DNA of 64,000 nucleotides from Macrostomum hystrix (GCA_950097015.1 CATNEN010000025.1:8618001-8682000); one strand, 5' to 3'; shown: positions 49,601 through 62,004, counted from the first letter of the stretch. A program made the numbers and translations. The notes: generated by a model not told the origin, from the letters alone.

Positions 49601-51828
49601 AAGTCCGGGATTTGAAAGTCGGGGATTTTAAATTCGGGGATTTTAAAGTCGCGGATTTGAAAGTCGGGGATTTTAAATTCGGGGATTCGAAAGTCGCGGA
49701 TTTGAAAGTTGGCATATTGACAAGTCGGGGATTTAAAAGTCGGGGATTTAAAAGTCGGGGATTTAAAAGTCGGGGATTTGAAATTCCGGGATTTGAAATT
49801 CGGGGATTTGAAATTCCGGGATTTGAAAGTCAGGGATTTGAAATTCGGTGATTTGAAATTCGGGGATTTTGAAATTCGGGGATTCGAAAGTCGGGGATCT
49901 GAAATTCGGGGATTTAAAATTTGGGGATTCGAAAGTCGGGGATTCGAAAGTCAGGGATTCGAAAGTCGGCATTTTGAAATTCGGGGATTTGAAAGTCGGC
50001 ATTTTGAAATTCGGGGATTTGAAAGTCGGGGATTTGAAAGTCGGGGATTTAAAAGTCCGGGATTTGAAAGTCGGGGATTTTAAATTCGGGGATTTTAAAG
50101 TCGCGGATTTGAAAGTCGGGGATTTTAAATTCGGGGATTTTAAAGTCGCGGATTTGAAAGTCGGGGATTTTAAATTCGGGGATTCGAAAGTCGCGGATTT
50201 GAAAGTTGGCATATTGACAAGTCGGGGATTTAAAAGTCGGGGATTTAAAAGTCGGGGATTTAAAAGTCGGGGATTTGAAATTCCGGGATTTGAAATTCGG
50301 GGATTTGAAATTCCGGGATTTGAAAGTCAGGGATTTGAAATTCGGTGATTTGAAATTCGGGGATTTTGAAATTCGGGGATTCGAAAGTCGGGGATCTGAA
50401 ATTCGGGGATTTAAAATTTGGGGATTCGAAAGTCGGGGATTCGAAAGTCAGGGATTCGAAAGTCGGCATTTTGAAATTCGGGGATTTGAAAGTCGGCATT
50501 TTGAAATTCGGGGATTTGAAATTCGGGGATTTAAAATTTGGGGATTCGAAAGTCGGGGATTCGAAAGTCAGGGATTCGAAAGTCGGCATTTTGAAATTCG
50601 GGGATTTGAAAGTCGGGGATTTGAAAGTCGGTGATTGTAAAGTCGGGGATTTTAAATTCGGGGATTTGAAATTCGGGGATTTAAAAGTCGGCATATTGAA
50701 ATTCGGGGATTTGAAAGTCGGCATATTGAAATTCGGGGATTTGAAAGTCGGGGATTTGAAAGTCAGGGATTTTTTAATTCGGTGATTTGAAATTCGGGGA
50801 TTTGAATGTCAGGGATTTTTTAATTCGGTGATTTGAAATTCGGGGATTTTGAAATTCGGTGATTCGAAAGTCGGGGATTTGAAATTCGGGGATTTGAAAT
50901 TTGGGGATTTGAAAGTCCGGGATTTGAAATTCGGGGATTTGAACGTCAGGAATTTGAAAGTCGGGGATTTAAAAGTCGGGAATTTGAAAGTCGGGGATTT
51001 AAAAGTCGGGGATTTAAAAGTCGGGGATTTAAAAGTCGGGGATTTGAAAGTCGGGGATTTAAAAGTCGGGGATTTAAAAGTCGGGGATTTAAAAGTCGGG
51101 GATTTGAAAGTCGGGGATTTGAAAGTCCGGGATTTGAAAGTCGGTGATTTGAAATTCGTGGATTTGAAAGTCGGCATATTGAAATTCGGGGATTTGAAAG
51201 TCGGCATATTGAAATTCGGGGATTTGAAATTCCGGGATTTGAAAGTCAGGGATTTGAAATTCGGTGATTTGAAATTCGGGGATTTTGAAATTCGGGGATT
51301 CGAAAGTCGGGGATCTGAAATTCGGGGATTTAAAATTTGGGGATTCGAAAGTCGGGGATTCGAAAGTCAGGGATTCGAAAGTCGGCATTTTGAAATTCGG
51401 GGATTTGAAAGTCGGGGATTGTAAAGTCGGGGATTTGAAAGTCGGGGATTTGAAAGTCGGGGATTTAAAAGTCGGGGATTTAAAAGTCCGGGATTTGAAA
51501 GTCGGGGATTTTAAATTCGGGGATTTTAAAGTCGCGGATTTGAAAGTCGGGGATTTTAAATTCGGGGATTCGAAAGTCGCGGATTTGAAAGTTGGCATAT
51601 TGACAAGTCGGGGATTTAAAAGTCGGGGATTTAAAAGTCGGGGATTTAAAAGTCGGGGATTTGAAATTCCGGGATTTGAAATTCGGGGATTTGAAATTCC
51701 GGGATTTGAAAGTCAGGGATTTGAAATTCGGTGATTTGAAATTCGGGGATTTTGAAATTCGGGGATTCGAAAGTCGGGGATCTGAAATTCGGGGATTTGA
51801 AAGTCGGGGATTTGAAAGTCGGGGATTT
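46675..51828. repeat. 15-bp satellite GAAA(TT/GT)CGGGGATTT, about 5.1 kb, with higher-order repeat
   Basis: Continuous array; explains all FKSPT, LKVGD and FESRG ORFs in 46632-51945. Confidence 0.97.
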
Positions 51829-52634
51829 TAACGCAACAGTTTTGCTTACTGCATCGCTCTCTTGAAAACTTTTCAGGCATTTGATCGATGATTTCTGAGT
51901 AAAGTGTGTGAGTTTGTTGCCACACTGAAGATTTGCCTTCATCATCAGCCAACTGGGTCTTCGCTGATAACAAACTGCCTCTCAGGCGAGGATTAACCCA
52001 CTGACGACTCCGAAGATGGGAAGGTCTGATGAGATTAAGCAGGCTCCACTTGTCCGTCAACTAAAAACAAGACTGTGAATAAAATTGCATTCGATTCTAG
52101 TTCTACTCGTAGTAGTATTAGATTTGGCTCTATATTACAAAGCACATGGACAAAAGCGTAAAATTAAAAAACAATTTTTAAAAAATTCTTTTTTTGAAAG
52201 AAAGCGCACAGAACAGGACCATACAGGAAAGAGAAAGAAACAGAAGGAGAACAAAATAAGGACAAAAAGGAAAAGATAAGAAAGCGCGAAAAGGAGAGAG
52301 ACAATGGAAACTTTGGAGGGGAAGTGGAAAGGAAGAGAAAATATACAACAGAATCCCATCTGTTCAGAAAGCCAACGCTACAACTACTACTGATGTTAGT
52401 AGTATATTACTACTGATATATTCCTAAGCAGAATCTGTCTGTCTGACTGATTGTACCAGTACATGATAGTCGCCTCAGTCTTTTCAGTTTTCATTGCTGC
52501 TGTGTGCACGAAGCTACATCAGCTGTACAGCTTGCAGACGGCGGAGCTTCAGTGAGGTGGAAGTAGGCAATGGAAGCTGTGCCTCTGTTCCGCGAATGGG
52601 ACAGAGCGTTTGAAAGTGAACCGCTAGATGCGTT

Positions 52635-53620
52635 TCATCCGTTTGCCCCTGGCCTACCCCCAGTCGAGCCCACGCTATCCCTATCCCTGTCTTCTTTCCA
52701 GTTTCCTGGGTGAAGCAGCGAAACGGCCAGGCCACAGATCATTGGGGTAGGGAGAGAGGGAGACAGGCGCACCGAGGGGTTGAAGGGGTTGGTGGTTCCA
52801 GCACACACAACGAGGTCTGCTTACACATTAATGCATAGACTATATAGCAATATTTAGTTCTGCGTGGACGGAGTGTCGCAAATGCAACAGCCTGGCCTGT
52901 AAAGCTCCGGCACTGATAAATCAAAGTGTATAAGCACACACGAATATCCCCGGCTTCAGTCTCGATCCCCTGTGTCTCGATCGCTCTGATAATCGTTGAG
53001 CTGGTCATTATAAGCTGGCCAATGCTGACAACTGTGCGCCTCGCTGAGCTGACTCTATCTGCTATTTCCATTCTTCTGTAATAATTGCTGCCATCGGGAC
53101 ACACGTCTAAAATCTTGGTGAGTGATTTGATTTCCATCTTTCTGTCGCTATTTTTCCCACTGGGGAAAGATCACGGGAGCATTGCGAATGCCCACTGCCT
53201 ACTTCACAATAGCTCCCGTACCGAATAACCAATTTTCGTGAAATTCCACTGCATGGATCCGAATTTCCCGTCGAATCCATATGGCGAATCCATATTGGTT
53301 CAATAATCTGAGTCCCTTGTTCTCAGCATCCCAGTAACCAGGGTCCCCTTCATCACCGTCTGAAGCATCGGCGGCGACCTTAAAGAAACCTTTCAGAGAG
53401 AACAAAGGTCCCTGCGACTGACTGACATTGTTTGTGAAGCCGAAACGATCCCATGAAGAAATCGTGTCAGCAGAAAACTTAGGCCTACATTGGTGGTTTT
53501 TGGCACCAGATATCCCGACGAGAATCGTTGAATATCTCGACGATGCCGATGTCTTGTGATTCTGGAGGTTGGTTCATCGGATGGAGCGGAAATTGTTAGC
53601 CCGTTCATTTTCATGGCCAT
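52635..53620 (-). CDS. Spliced hypothetical protein; exons ~53620-53489, 53411-53203, 53141-52942 and possibly 52705-52635
   Basis: Two short GT-AG introns (53488-53412, 53202-53142) join three separate track ORFs in frame: ...RHRHRRDIQRF...KTTN|GPLFSLKGFFK...GAIVK|KMEIKSL... The 5' and 3' ends are uncertain. Confidence 0.5.
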
Positions 53621-53668
53621 GTGTAAAAAAAAATACAGGAAAACGAAAAAGCGTCGGCATTTGAAATA

Positions 53669-54768
53669 CAGCCAGCCAGTCAGTCAGTCAGTCAGTCAGT
53701 CAGTCAGTCAGTCAGTCAGTCAGTCAGTCAGTCAGTCAGTCAGTCAGTCAGTCAGTCAGTCAGTCAGTCAGTCAGTCAGTCAGTCAGTCAGTCAGTCAGT
53801 CAGTCAGTCAGTCAGCCAGTCAGTCAGTCAGTCAGTCAGTCAGTCAGTCAGTCAGTCAGTCAGTCAGTCAGTCAGTCAGTCAGTCAGTCAGTCAGTCAGC
53901 CAGTCAGTCAGCCAGTCAGTCAGTCAGTCAGTCAGTCAGTCAGTCAGTCAGTCAGCCAGTCAGTCAGTCAGTCAGTCAGTCAGTCAGTCAGTCAGTCAGT
54001 CAGCCAGTCAGTCAGTCAGTCAGTCAGTCAGTCAGTCAGTCAGTCAGTCAGTCAGCCAGTCAGTCAGTCAGTCAGTCAGCCAGTCAGTCAGTCAGTCAGT
54101 CAGTCAGTCAGTCAGTCAGTCAGTCAGTCAGTCAGTCAGTCAGTCAGTCAGTCAGTCAGTCAGTCAGTCAGTCAGTCAGTCAGTCAGTCAGTCAGTCAGT
54201 CAGTCAGTCAGCCAGTCAGTCAGCCAGTCAGTCAGTCAGTCAGTCAGTCAGTCAGTCAGTCAGTCAGCCAGTCAGTCAGTCAGTCAGTCAGTCAGTCAGT
54301 CAGTCAGTCAGTCAGCCAGTCAGTCAGTCAGTCAGTCAGTCAGTCAGTCAGTCAGTCAGTCAGTCAGCCAGTCAGTCAGTCAGTCAGTCAGCCAGTCAGT
54401 CAGTCAGTCAGTCAGTCAGTCAGTCAGTCAGTCAGTCAGTCAGTCAGTCAGTCAGTCAGTCAGCCAGTCAGTCAGTCAGTCAGCCAGTCAGTCAGTCAGT
54501 CAGTCAGTCAGTCAGTCAGTCAGTCAGTCAGTCAGCCAGTCAGTCAGTCAGTCAGTCAGTCAGTCAGTCAGTCAGTCAGTCAGTCAGCCAGTCAGTCAGT
54601 CAGTCAGTCAGCCAGTCAGTCAGTCAGTCAGTCAGTCAGTCAGCCAGTCAGTCAGTCAGTCAGTCAGTCAGTCAGTCAGTCAGTCAGTCAGTCAGTCAGT
54701 CAGTCAGTCAGTCAGTCAGTCAGTCAGTCAGTCAGTCAGTCAGTCAGTCAGTCAGTCAGTCAGTCAGT
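53669..54768. repeat. (CAGT)n microsatellite, 1.1 kb, with CAGC interruptions
   Basis: Read directly; the SQSV ORF 53556-54779 is its translation. Confidence 0.98.
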
Positions 54769-55257
54769 CTTTCTACTGATATAGGATGACAAAAAATTCT
54801 GAATTTATCATCGGAATCGATTAGGGCATAGAAAATGCTGCCAGATGCCAAAAAATACTAAAATATTAAGATTGAAATAGTTGCCTCAGTCAAGTGACTG
54901 CTAAAGCAGATTAGGAGCATATCTCTGCAAATACTGTAAGCCTATCTCACCTGAAAGGTCAAGAGGATGCAGAACTAAGCATATGGCAAATAGATTGCAG
55001 GCTTCACTGACGCTTAGACCATTAGCATCTATGCGTCTGCTAGGCTAGCCCTATAGCCCTGCACAGGTAGGATACAGCAGGGGATGGATGGATGAATGTG
55101 TGTATAAACGGGTGAAATCTGACCTGGCCTCACTGCCTGCAAAACTGTTTATCTGATTCTACTTATTTTCTATCGCGCTTGGTCTGGCTCTGAAAAAAAC
55201 AGAAAAAATGCCGATGTTCCAGCGGAAACTGATGAAGGAGACCCGCGTTGCTTGTTC

Positions 55258-55390
55258 ACTGACTGACTGGCTGGCTGACTGACTGACTGACTGACTGACT
55301 GACTGACTGGCTGACTGACTGACTGACTGACTGACTGACTGGCTGACTGACTGACTGACTGGCTGACTGACTGACTGACTAACTGACTGA
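55258..55390. repeat. (ACTG)n microsatellite, the inverse orientation of the CAGT array
   Basis: Read directly. Confidence 0.95.
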
Positions 55391-56063
55391 CACCGAAGGT
55401 TTCAAAATAATCTGAACCACTTAAATGGAACAATCGTCTTTAAATGCTAGACTCGGCCTTATTATAAGGCATGTACAGGCCTTTTAGTATGCTTATTTTG
55501 CTTTTGAGCTGTTTCGTGTGGCCGCGGCACGCACTGCAAGATCCAGGTAGAAACTATACTCCTGCATGTACACCAGCAGCGATAGAAGGCCCACGAGAAT
55601 TGTGTGTGCTTTCAAGGTCGCTCTTTTACCCCTCAGTCAAAAGTTATTACGTGAGAATTTCAAAAGCATAGTTAAGAATTAGCCACTCAGCGGTGACTCA
55701 CGTAATCAAAGCAGCACCACCCTGCTCAATTTCTGTCCCTGCTGTCCAAAAGCATTCGACCTCTAGGCTAGCCGCGTCTGACGCGTCACAATGCAACAAC
55801 AATAGATAAGATTTGAAGTTTTAAGATAAGTTGTGAAATCGTGCGCTCGCGAGAGTCTGTGCGAAGCTATCAATCTGTCAGTCATTTGTTCCGCCCTTCG
55901 AAGAGAACGGTAGCAACCACATGTGACTATTTTAGACGCCTGTCAGCCAACAGACCCGTTGGAAGTCAACGAAAGAAAAGTCGTGGAAAAATAGTATCAA
56001 CACAACTGCCCGCAGATACGAATTAGAAGTAGATCTTGCAATAGATTCGTCACCAACTCAAGT

Positions 56064-57252
56064 ATGCCGCAGGCACGGCAAAACTCACAGCAACAGCAGC
56101 AGCAGCAGCAGCAGCAGATTCACCAGCACCATCTGTATCCGCACCTGCCAGCTCGCATCAAATGCGTGGTGGTTGGCGACGGTGGCGCAGGCAAGACCTG
56201 CCTGCTGTCCTCCTATTCTCACGGAGTATTCCCCACCGACTACATTCCTACCGTCTTCGACAACTACGAAACCGCAGTGGTCGTGTGCGGAGCGCAGGTG
56301 CACCTCAGCCTGTGGGACAGCGCCGGCCAAGAGGATTACGATAAGCTGCGGCCGCTGTCCTACCCGGAGACTGACGTCTTCCTCGTCTGCTTCAGCATCG
56401 GCAACAAGCCCTCATTTGCCAACGTGCTTGACAAGTGGAGCCCGGAGCTCAGGCAGCACGGGCCGCAGACTCCGCTGCTACTGGTCGGCACTAAGGCCGA
56501 TCTGCGCGACGATGCAGAGTTCACAGCGCACCTGGCGCTGCACAACGACTGTCCGATCGGGCGGGAGGAGGCCATCGATATGGCCAAAGAGATCGGAGCC
56601 GTTAAGTATATCGAGTGCTCAGCATTGAAAGGAATGAACGTGTCCCTGGTAAGTCATCCGCTTTGTGGACTCCAACCCATGCACCCTCGACAAAAACATA
56701 CACGAGCTTACAGCACCAAACACAACTCTAGAGCGACGAGTACACATTAAATAATCAATTATCAGACCCACACACTTTTCAACCTGATACTTAACTGACA
56801 TCATGCATATCACACCCCGTTCTTTATCAGGCATTGCACACCCGTGTTTTATCAGGGATTTCACACCCCGTTCTTTATCAGGCATTGCACACCCCATTCT
56901 TTATCATTCCTTTCACACCCAGTTCGTTATCAGGCATTTCACACCCCGTTTTTTATCAGACATTTCAGACCCAATTTTTTAACAGGCATTTCACACCATA
57001 TTCTTTACTAGGTCACACGCTCGATCTAGCATTTTATTTTCGTTCATAACTTACCACTTCACATTCTGCCATTTGACTGTTTACCTAGATCCTAATTTGC
57101 TCCACTAACCACTCGAGTCTTCAACACACTCACTAAATCCAATTCCGCAGGTATTCGAGGAGGCTGTCAAGTCAGTTCTATGGCCAGAGTCGGTCGCCAG
57201 CAAGCACTCGAGCGGCAAGAAGCGTCGGAAACGATCCTGCGCGATTCAGTGA
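56064..57252 (+). CDS. Rho-family small GTPase (Rac-like), 228 aa; exons 56064-56648 and 57151-57252
   Basis: GDGGAGKT P-loop, YIPTVFDNY effector loop, [20 protein letters not shown] phase-0 intron (CTG|GTAAGT...CCGCAG|GTA) adds [10 protein letters not shown]...[11 protein letters not shown]. Confidence 0.93.
56790..57005. repeat. Degenerate ~26-bp repeat (CACACCCCGTTCTTTATCAGGCATT) in the Rho intron
   Basis: About 7 diverged copies. Confidence 0.8.
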
Positions 57253-57614
57253 GCTGAGGCCGCGCTTAGTACCACAGGAACAAGATCGATTAAAGTTCAG
57301 ATACAGTGCTCTGCAGATAATCCGCTATTGGAAATTTTCGCTTGCTTGATGAAATATTTGCTTTTCAAACATTGTGTCATTATTATGGTCCAAGTCGCAG
57401 CTCATGATGGAACAACAATACGAGTATATAGTGTCCAAGAAAAATGCTAAGCTGATGCATTTGGAAACACCTAAATATGGATACGAACATAAGAAAGCCG
57501 GTCTGTTGGTCTGTTGGTAAAACTATAGCCAAAATCTCCCACGCATATGATCCAAACGATTCGCATCTTACATTTTTTGGACTTTACGATAACGGCCCCT
57601 CGGCCTTATTATTA

Positions 57615-57965
57615 TATTACCAGCCACCTCTAACCCTCTAACCCAGTCCCTTATCGATCAGTTCAAAAGCCTGCCCCAAACATCCACCTCAAACCCTCTA
57701 ACCAATTAAATTATCGACCAGTCCTACCCCAACCAACCACCTCAAACCCAATACCTTATCGACCAGTCCAAAAGCCTGCCCCAACCATCCACCTCAAACC
57801 CAGTCCCTTATCTATCAGTTCAAAAGCCTGCCCCAAACATCCACCTCAAACCCTCTGACCCATTAAATTATCGACCAGTCCTACCCCAACCAACCACCTC
57901 AAACCCAATACCTTATCGACCAGTCCAAAAGCCTGCCCCAACCACCCACCTCAAACCCAGTCCCT
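57615..57965. repeat. C-rich degenerate tandem duplications (CCACCTCAAACCC / TTATCGACCAGTCC motifs)
   Basis: Recurrent blocks, including a duplication of about 175 bp. Confidence 0.75.
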
Positions 57966-58544
57966 TATTGGAAAACCCAAAACCCTACCGAGCAAGAACA
58001 CAGAAAAGTATTTTAATCGAAGCCTTCAATCATTGATCGGCAACCCAAACCAGGTGCAGCGCAACCGGAAAGCGAAGAGGTTTTTTTCTCGGTGAGCAAA
58101 CAGCGTCTAGCATTGCTCCGTATTCACCTGTATTAGGTGTGAAAATAAAAACTCCTTGTACTGTGATTAGGCTCCATTTTTATAAACCAACAAACCAATA
58201 ACAGTTGTTACTGTAAATGTTTTTATCTGCGTCCAATTCTCATACCGTAAAACTTCAATCTTGTTTGCATGTGTTGTATAATACTGCTGAAATATTGATA
58301 AATAAAGGTAAAATGCTTGTCTATGCTTCCATAACAAATGGAAACGATTCAACTTTTTAGCTCGTAATTCTAATTGTCTAAGCGGAAAGTACTCATAAAT
58401 AGTATAGAATCAACCTGACTCAAGTTGGTGATAGACAAGGCTTCTCTTTTTCAATCGCCTAAAATGTCATGAAATTATTCAGTGAAGTTTACCGCGTGAG
58501 TAGTTGCATACGATCTCTCCAGACCTTAAAGGAAGGGAAAGGAG

Positions 58545-58795
58545 GGAGAGGAAAGATGGAGAGGAAAGAGGGAGAGGAAAGGGAGAAAGATGGAGAGGAA
58601 AGAGGGAGAGGAAAGAGGGAAAGATGGAGAGGAAAGAGGGAGAGGAAAGAGAGAAAGATGGAGAGGAAAGAGGGAGAGGAAAGAGGGAAAGATGGAGAGG
58701 AAAGAGGGAGAGGAAAGAGAGAAAGATGGAGAGGAAAGATGGAGAGGAAAGAGAGAAAGATGGAGAGGAAAGAGGGAGAGGAAAGAGAGAAAGAT
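58545..58795. repeat. Purine-only GA-rich minisatellite (GATGGAGAGGAAAGAGGGAGAGGAAAGAGAGAAA)
   Basis: Read directly. Confidence 0.95.
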
Positions 58796-59077
58796 GGTGT
58801 GAAGTCGTGGGTTAATTGAAGAACAGAAGCAAACGCATTGAGCAGGTTGCAGGACAGTCACAAGCGCAAACTCCAGCCGTGCACCTTCGATCAATATATA
58901 TTGTGCCAGACAGGCATGATTCAGCAATCACACGAGATAACAATAGGGTGGAGGATGGGTGGTTGTATAAGACACATCAAAGTAAATAACAGCGGCGGGG
59001 GTGGCGCGCGCGCACTTAAATAAACTGAACTATTACAACAACGACAGTGACTGCACTAACAATTGACATAGCCCGAC

Positions 59078-59485
59078 AGATGGAGAGGAAAGAGGGAGAG
59101 GAAAGAGAGAAAGATGCAGAGGAAAGAGGGAGAGGAAAGAGAGAAAGATGCAGAGGAAAGAGGGAGAGGAAAGAGAGAAAGATGGAGAGGAAAGAGGGAG
59201 AGGAAAGAGAGAAAGATGGAGAGGAAAGAGAGAAAGATGCAGAGGAAAGATGGAGAGGAAAGAGGGAGAGGAAAGAGAGAAAGATGCAGAGGAAAGAGGG
59301 AGAGGAAAGAGAGAAAGATGGAGAGGAAAGAGGGAGAGGAAAGAGAGAAAGATGGAGAGGAAAGAGGGAGAGGAAAGAGAGAAAGATGGAGAGGAAAGAG
59401 GGAGAGGAAAGATGGAAAGATGGAGAGGAAAGAGGGAGAGGAAGGATGGAAAGATGGAGAGGAAAGAGGAAGAGGAAAGAGGAAA
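59078..59485. repeat. Second GA-rich array of the same unit
   Basis: Same unit and orientation as 58545-58795, separated by about 280 bp of unique DNA. Confidence 0.95.
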
Positions 59486-60159
59486 GCAAAAGCAATAACG
59501 GCCAAGCGAAGCGCGAAGTTTTCTAGAGAAAAATGGCAAGTTTTATTTGTCTGGCTAAACGAAGCAGAAAATCCACTGAAAAGTACACAGGAAATAATGC
59601 AAAGAGAAAAGCATGATTTGTGATCTGGTAGCCAACGAGTATTAAATACACACATTAATAATAATTTAACGCGTCAGTGACGCGCCGCTTACCTAACTAA
59701 TTAATTCTGCTAATTAAATTCTATTGGTAACAGCATTTTAGAATATTGACTCCTGAGAATATGGACTTTCGGATTCCACACTTAATGAATGTCTAGTAAC
59801 GAAAGGAACAGCAAATAGCTTTAGAAGCCGCATAAAATACTCAATAGTTCAAGTCAAATCAGAAATGAAAATAATATGGCTCAAATTTGACTACTTAAAG
59901 TAGTAAAATGCCTTCACAATTAATATAAACAATGACACAGCGTTGTTAAAATGTTCAAATTATTTATTCCATTTAAGATGAAGACAATGACACACAAACT
60001 GATTTGAATTAGTTCACAGGCAAAAAAATTCAAATTTAAAAGAAATAACCCTTTAATATATGAGATAATAATTAGGATACTGGATTTACATGATTAGGAA
60101 GTATTTAGATTAAAGATTATAACATAAATTATTACATTAAAAAGTTATTATCAAACACG

Positions 60160-60450
60160 CAAGATCCCAGGTGAAACAGATTAGATCCCAGGTCAAATAG
60201 ATTAGATCCCAGATCAAATAGATTAGATACCAAGTCAAACAGATTAGATCCCAGGTCAAACAGATTAGATCCCAGGTCAAACAGATTAGATCCCAGGTCA
60301 AACAGATTAGATCCCAGGTCAAACAGATTAGATCCCAGGTCAAAAAGATTAGATCCCACGTCAAAAAGATTAGATCCCAGGTCAAAAATATTAGATCCCA
60401 GGTGAAACAGATTAGATCCCAGGTCAAACAGATTAGATCCCACGTCAAAC
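60160..60450. repeat. 21-bp minisatellite GATTAGATCCCAGGTCAAACA
   Basis: About 13 copies just downstream of the ankyrin gene stop; explains the FDLGSNL ORF. Confidence 0.95.
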
Positions 60451-60510
60451 AAGCAAGATCGCATGCCAGAAAGGTAAAATCCCAGGTCCCACGGGTACAA
60501 ATTCTTGGGT

Positions 60511-61680
60511 TCACCAGGCGCCATTGCTATCCTCATCGAAGGCGGTGAAGCCCTGCTCACCGGGCAGGTCATTGCTGGCAAACTGATAGTCTATGCCTGT
60601 AGAGGACGGAGCTGGCTGCTTCTTCTGCTGCAGCTGTTGTGGAGTTTTGGGTTCATGAAAGCGAGACTCGAACTGCATCTCCTCAGCTGACTCGGCGGCC
60701 AGCAGCAGGCGGTAAAGCTCCGAGTGGCCGCCAGCCAGGGCGCAGCCGGAGGGCAGCCGTCCGGCGGAATCCAGGACGCCTACTCTGACACCAGCGGCAA
60801 GCAGAGCGGACACGGTGTCGGAGCGGCCAAACAGAGCCGCAGTGTGAAGGCTGCATAGGCCGTCGACATCGACAGAGCCGCTGGCCATTGAGCAACGACG
60901 CAGCCAGTCCAGGATGGCGAGCGCGGCTTCTGTGCGGCCGGCGCGGCAGGCCCGCAGCAGCGCTGATTCGACTGCGGCAACCTCGGCAGCAGCGGTGGAG
61001 TCGCCAGCAGTCGGAAGGGCCGCCAGCAGGGAGCGGCAGAGAGCGGCGTTGCCACATTGCGCAGCTGCTGACAGTGGCGTGGCGCCGTCACGCCGCGCCA
61101 AATGCGGCCTAGCGCCGGCCGCCAGGAGCAGCGCAGCGCACGCGTGCCGGCTACGATGGCAGGCCAGCTGGAGCGCAGTGGCGCCGTCACCGCCAGCGCC
61201 GCGCCAATCCGCAATCGCCCTGTCCCCGGCGACAGCCAGAAGCAGCCGGACGCAGTCGGAGTGGCCATTCTGAGCGGCTGCCATTAGCGGGGAACCGCCG
61301 CGCCGGCCGGACACGGCCAGGCTGGGATCGGCGCCGTTGCCTAGCAACAGCTCGGCCAGGTCGGACCGGCCGGCCTGGCAGGCGAAGAAAAGCGCCGTGG
61401 CGCCGCTGCGACGTCGCTGATTAACTGCAGCGCCGCGGCGCAGCAGGTCCCGCGCGATGGCAGCCTCGCCAGCGATGACGGCGAGCATCAGCGGGCTGGT
61501 GCCCTCGGGATCAGCGGTGGAGACAGCGGCCCGGCCAGTGTCCAGTAGGAGGGCTACGCGATCGCGTCTGCCAGCAAGGACCGCGGCCAGCAGCTGGCGC
61601 GAATGGCGATCAAAGCTTGGCTCTGTGGCATCGGCAGTCGTTATGTCGGCTGCGCCACGGTTTCTGATGGTTGCCCTATG
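60511..61680 (-). CDS. Ankyrin-repeat protein (ANKRD29-like), main/terminal exon
   Basis: At least 6 ankyrin repeats (GTSPLMLAV, GATALFFACQAG, GGSPLMAAAQNG, GATALQLAC, GATPLSAAAQCG, LCSLHTAALFG). No in-frame ATG before the repeats; an acceptor TTGCAG|CAT at 61680 implies an upstream exon that I did not find. Confidence 0.85.
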   Translation of the reverse strand, partial: HRATIRNRGAADITTADATEPSFDRHSRQLLAAVLAGRRDRVALLLDTGRAAVSTADPEGTSPLMLAVIAGEAAIARDLLRRGAAVNQRRRSGATALFFACQAGRSDLAELLLGNGADPSLAVSGRRGGSPLMAAAQNGHSDCVRLLLAVAGDRAIADWRGAGGDGATALQLACHRSRHACAALLLAAGARPHLARRDGATPLSAAAQCGNAALCRSLLAALPTAGDSTAAAEVAAVESALLRACRAGRTEAALAILDWLRRCSMASGSVDVDGLCSLHTAALFGRSDTVSALLAAGVRVGVLDSAGRLPSGCALAGGHSELYRLLLAAESAEEMQFESRFHEPKTPQQLQQKKQPAPSSTGIDYQFASNDLPGEQGFTAFDEDSNGAW

Positions 61681-62004
61681 CTGCAATGGGCAGTGTGTGA
61701 TAGCTTTGAATGGAGCTAGCACTTCCTTAGCTTTTCCTTGGCTTTTTAATGCCCTAGTTTATTTGAGTGCATTAAGCAAGCATTAAGTTTTTACAAAATC
61801 TTGAACATATATTATAGTTTCTATAATTCCACTATCTTAATATTTACTATATTTTAATAAGGTTTTTGGTATAGTCATTTTTATTTCCAGTTTGTCAACT
61901 AGATAAAAAGGTTTTTTATAATCTCTACCTTGAGAAGCAGTGATAAGAATGAAAAAGGCTCGAATAAGTCAAAACAAAAGACTAACTCTCTACTATTAAA
62001 GGGG

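Noticed and set aside
46632-51945. Dozens of FKSPT, LKVGD and FESRG repeat ORFs
   Set aside because: Translations of the 15-bp satellite on both strands; most begin at TTG/GTG and single-base indels shift frames arbitrarily.
53556-54779. 407-aa SQSV-repeat ORF
   Set aside because: Pure translation of (CAGT)n, which has no stop in that frame.
4390-55240. Hammerhead ribozyme cores (CTGANGA...GAAA) near repeats and retroelements
   Set aside because: The CTGANGA hits I checked by eye (for example near 4397, 31143, 40124, 52027, 55228) lacked flanking stems and a correctly placed GAAA; an Infernal search would be needed to exclude them fully.
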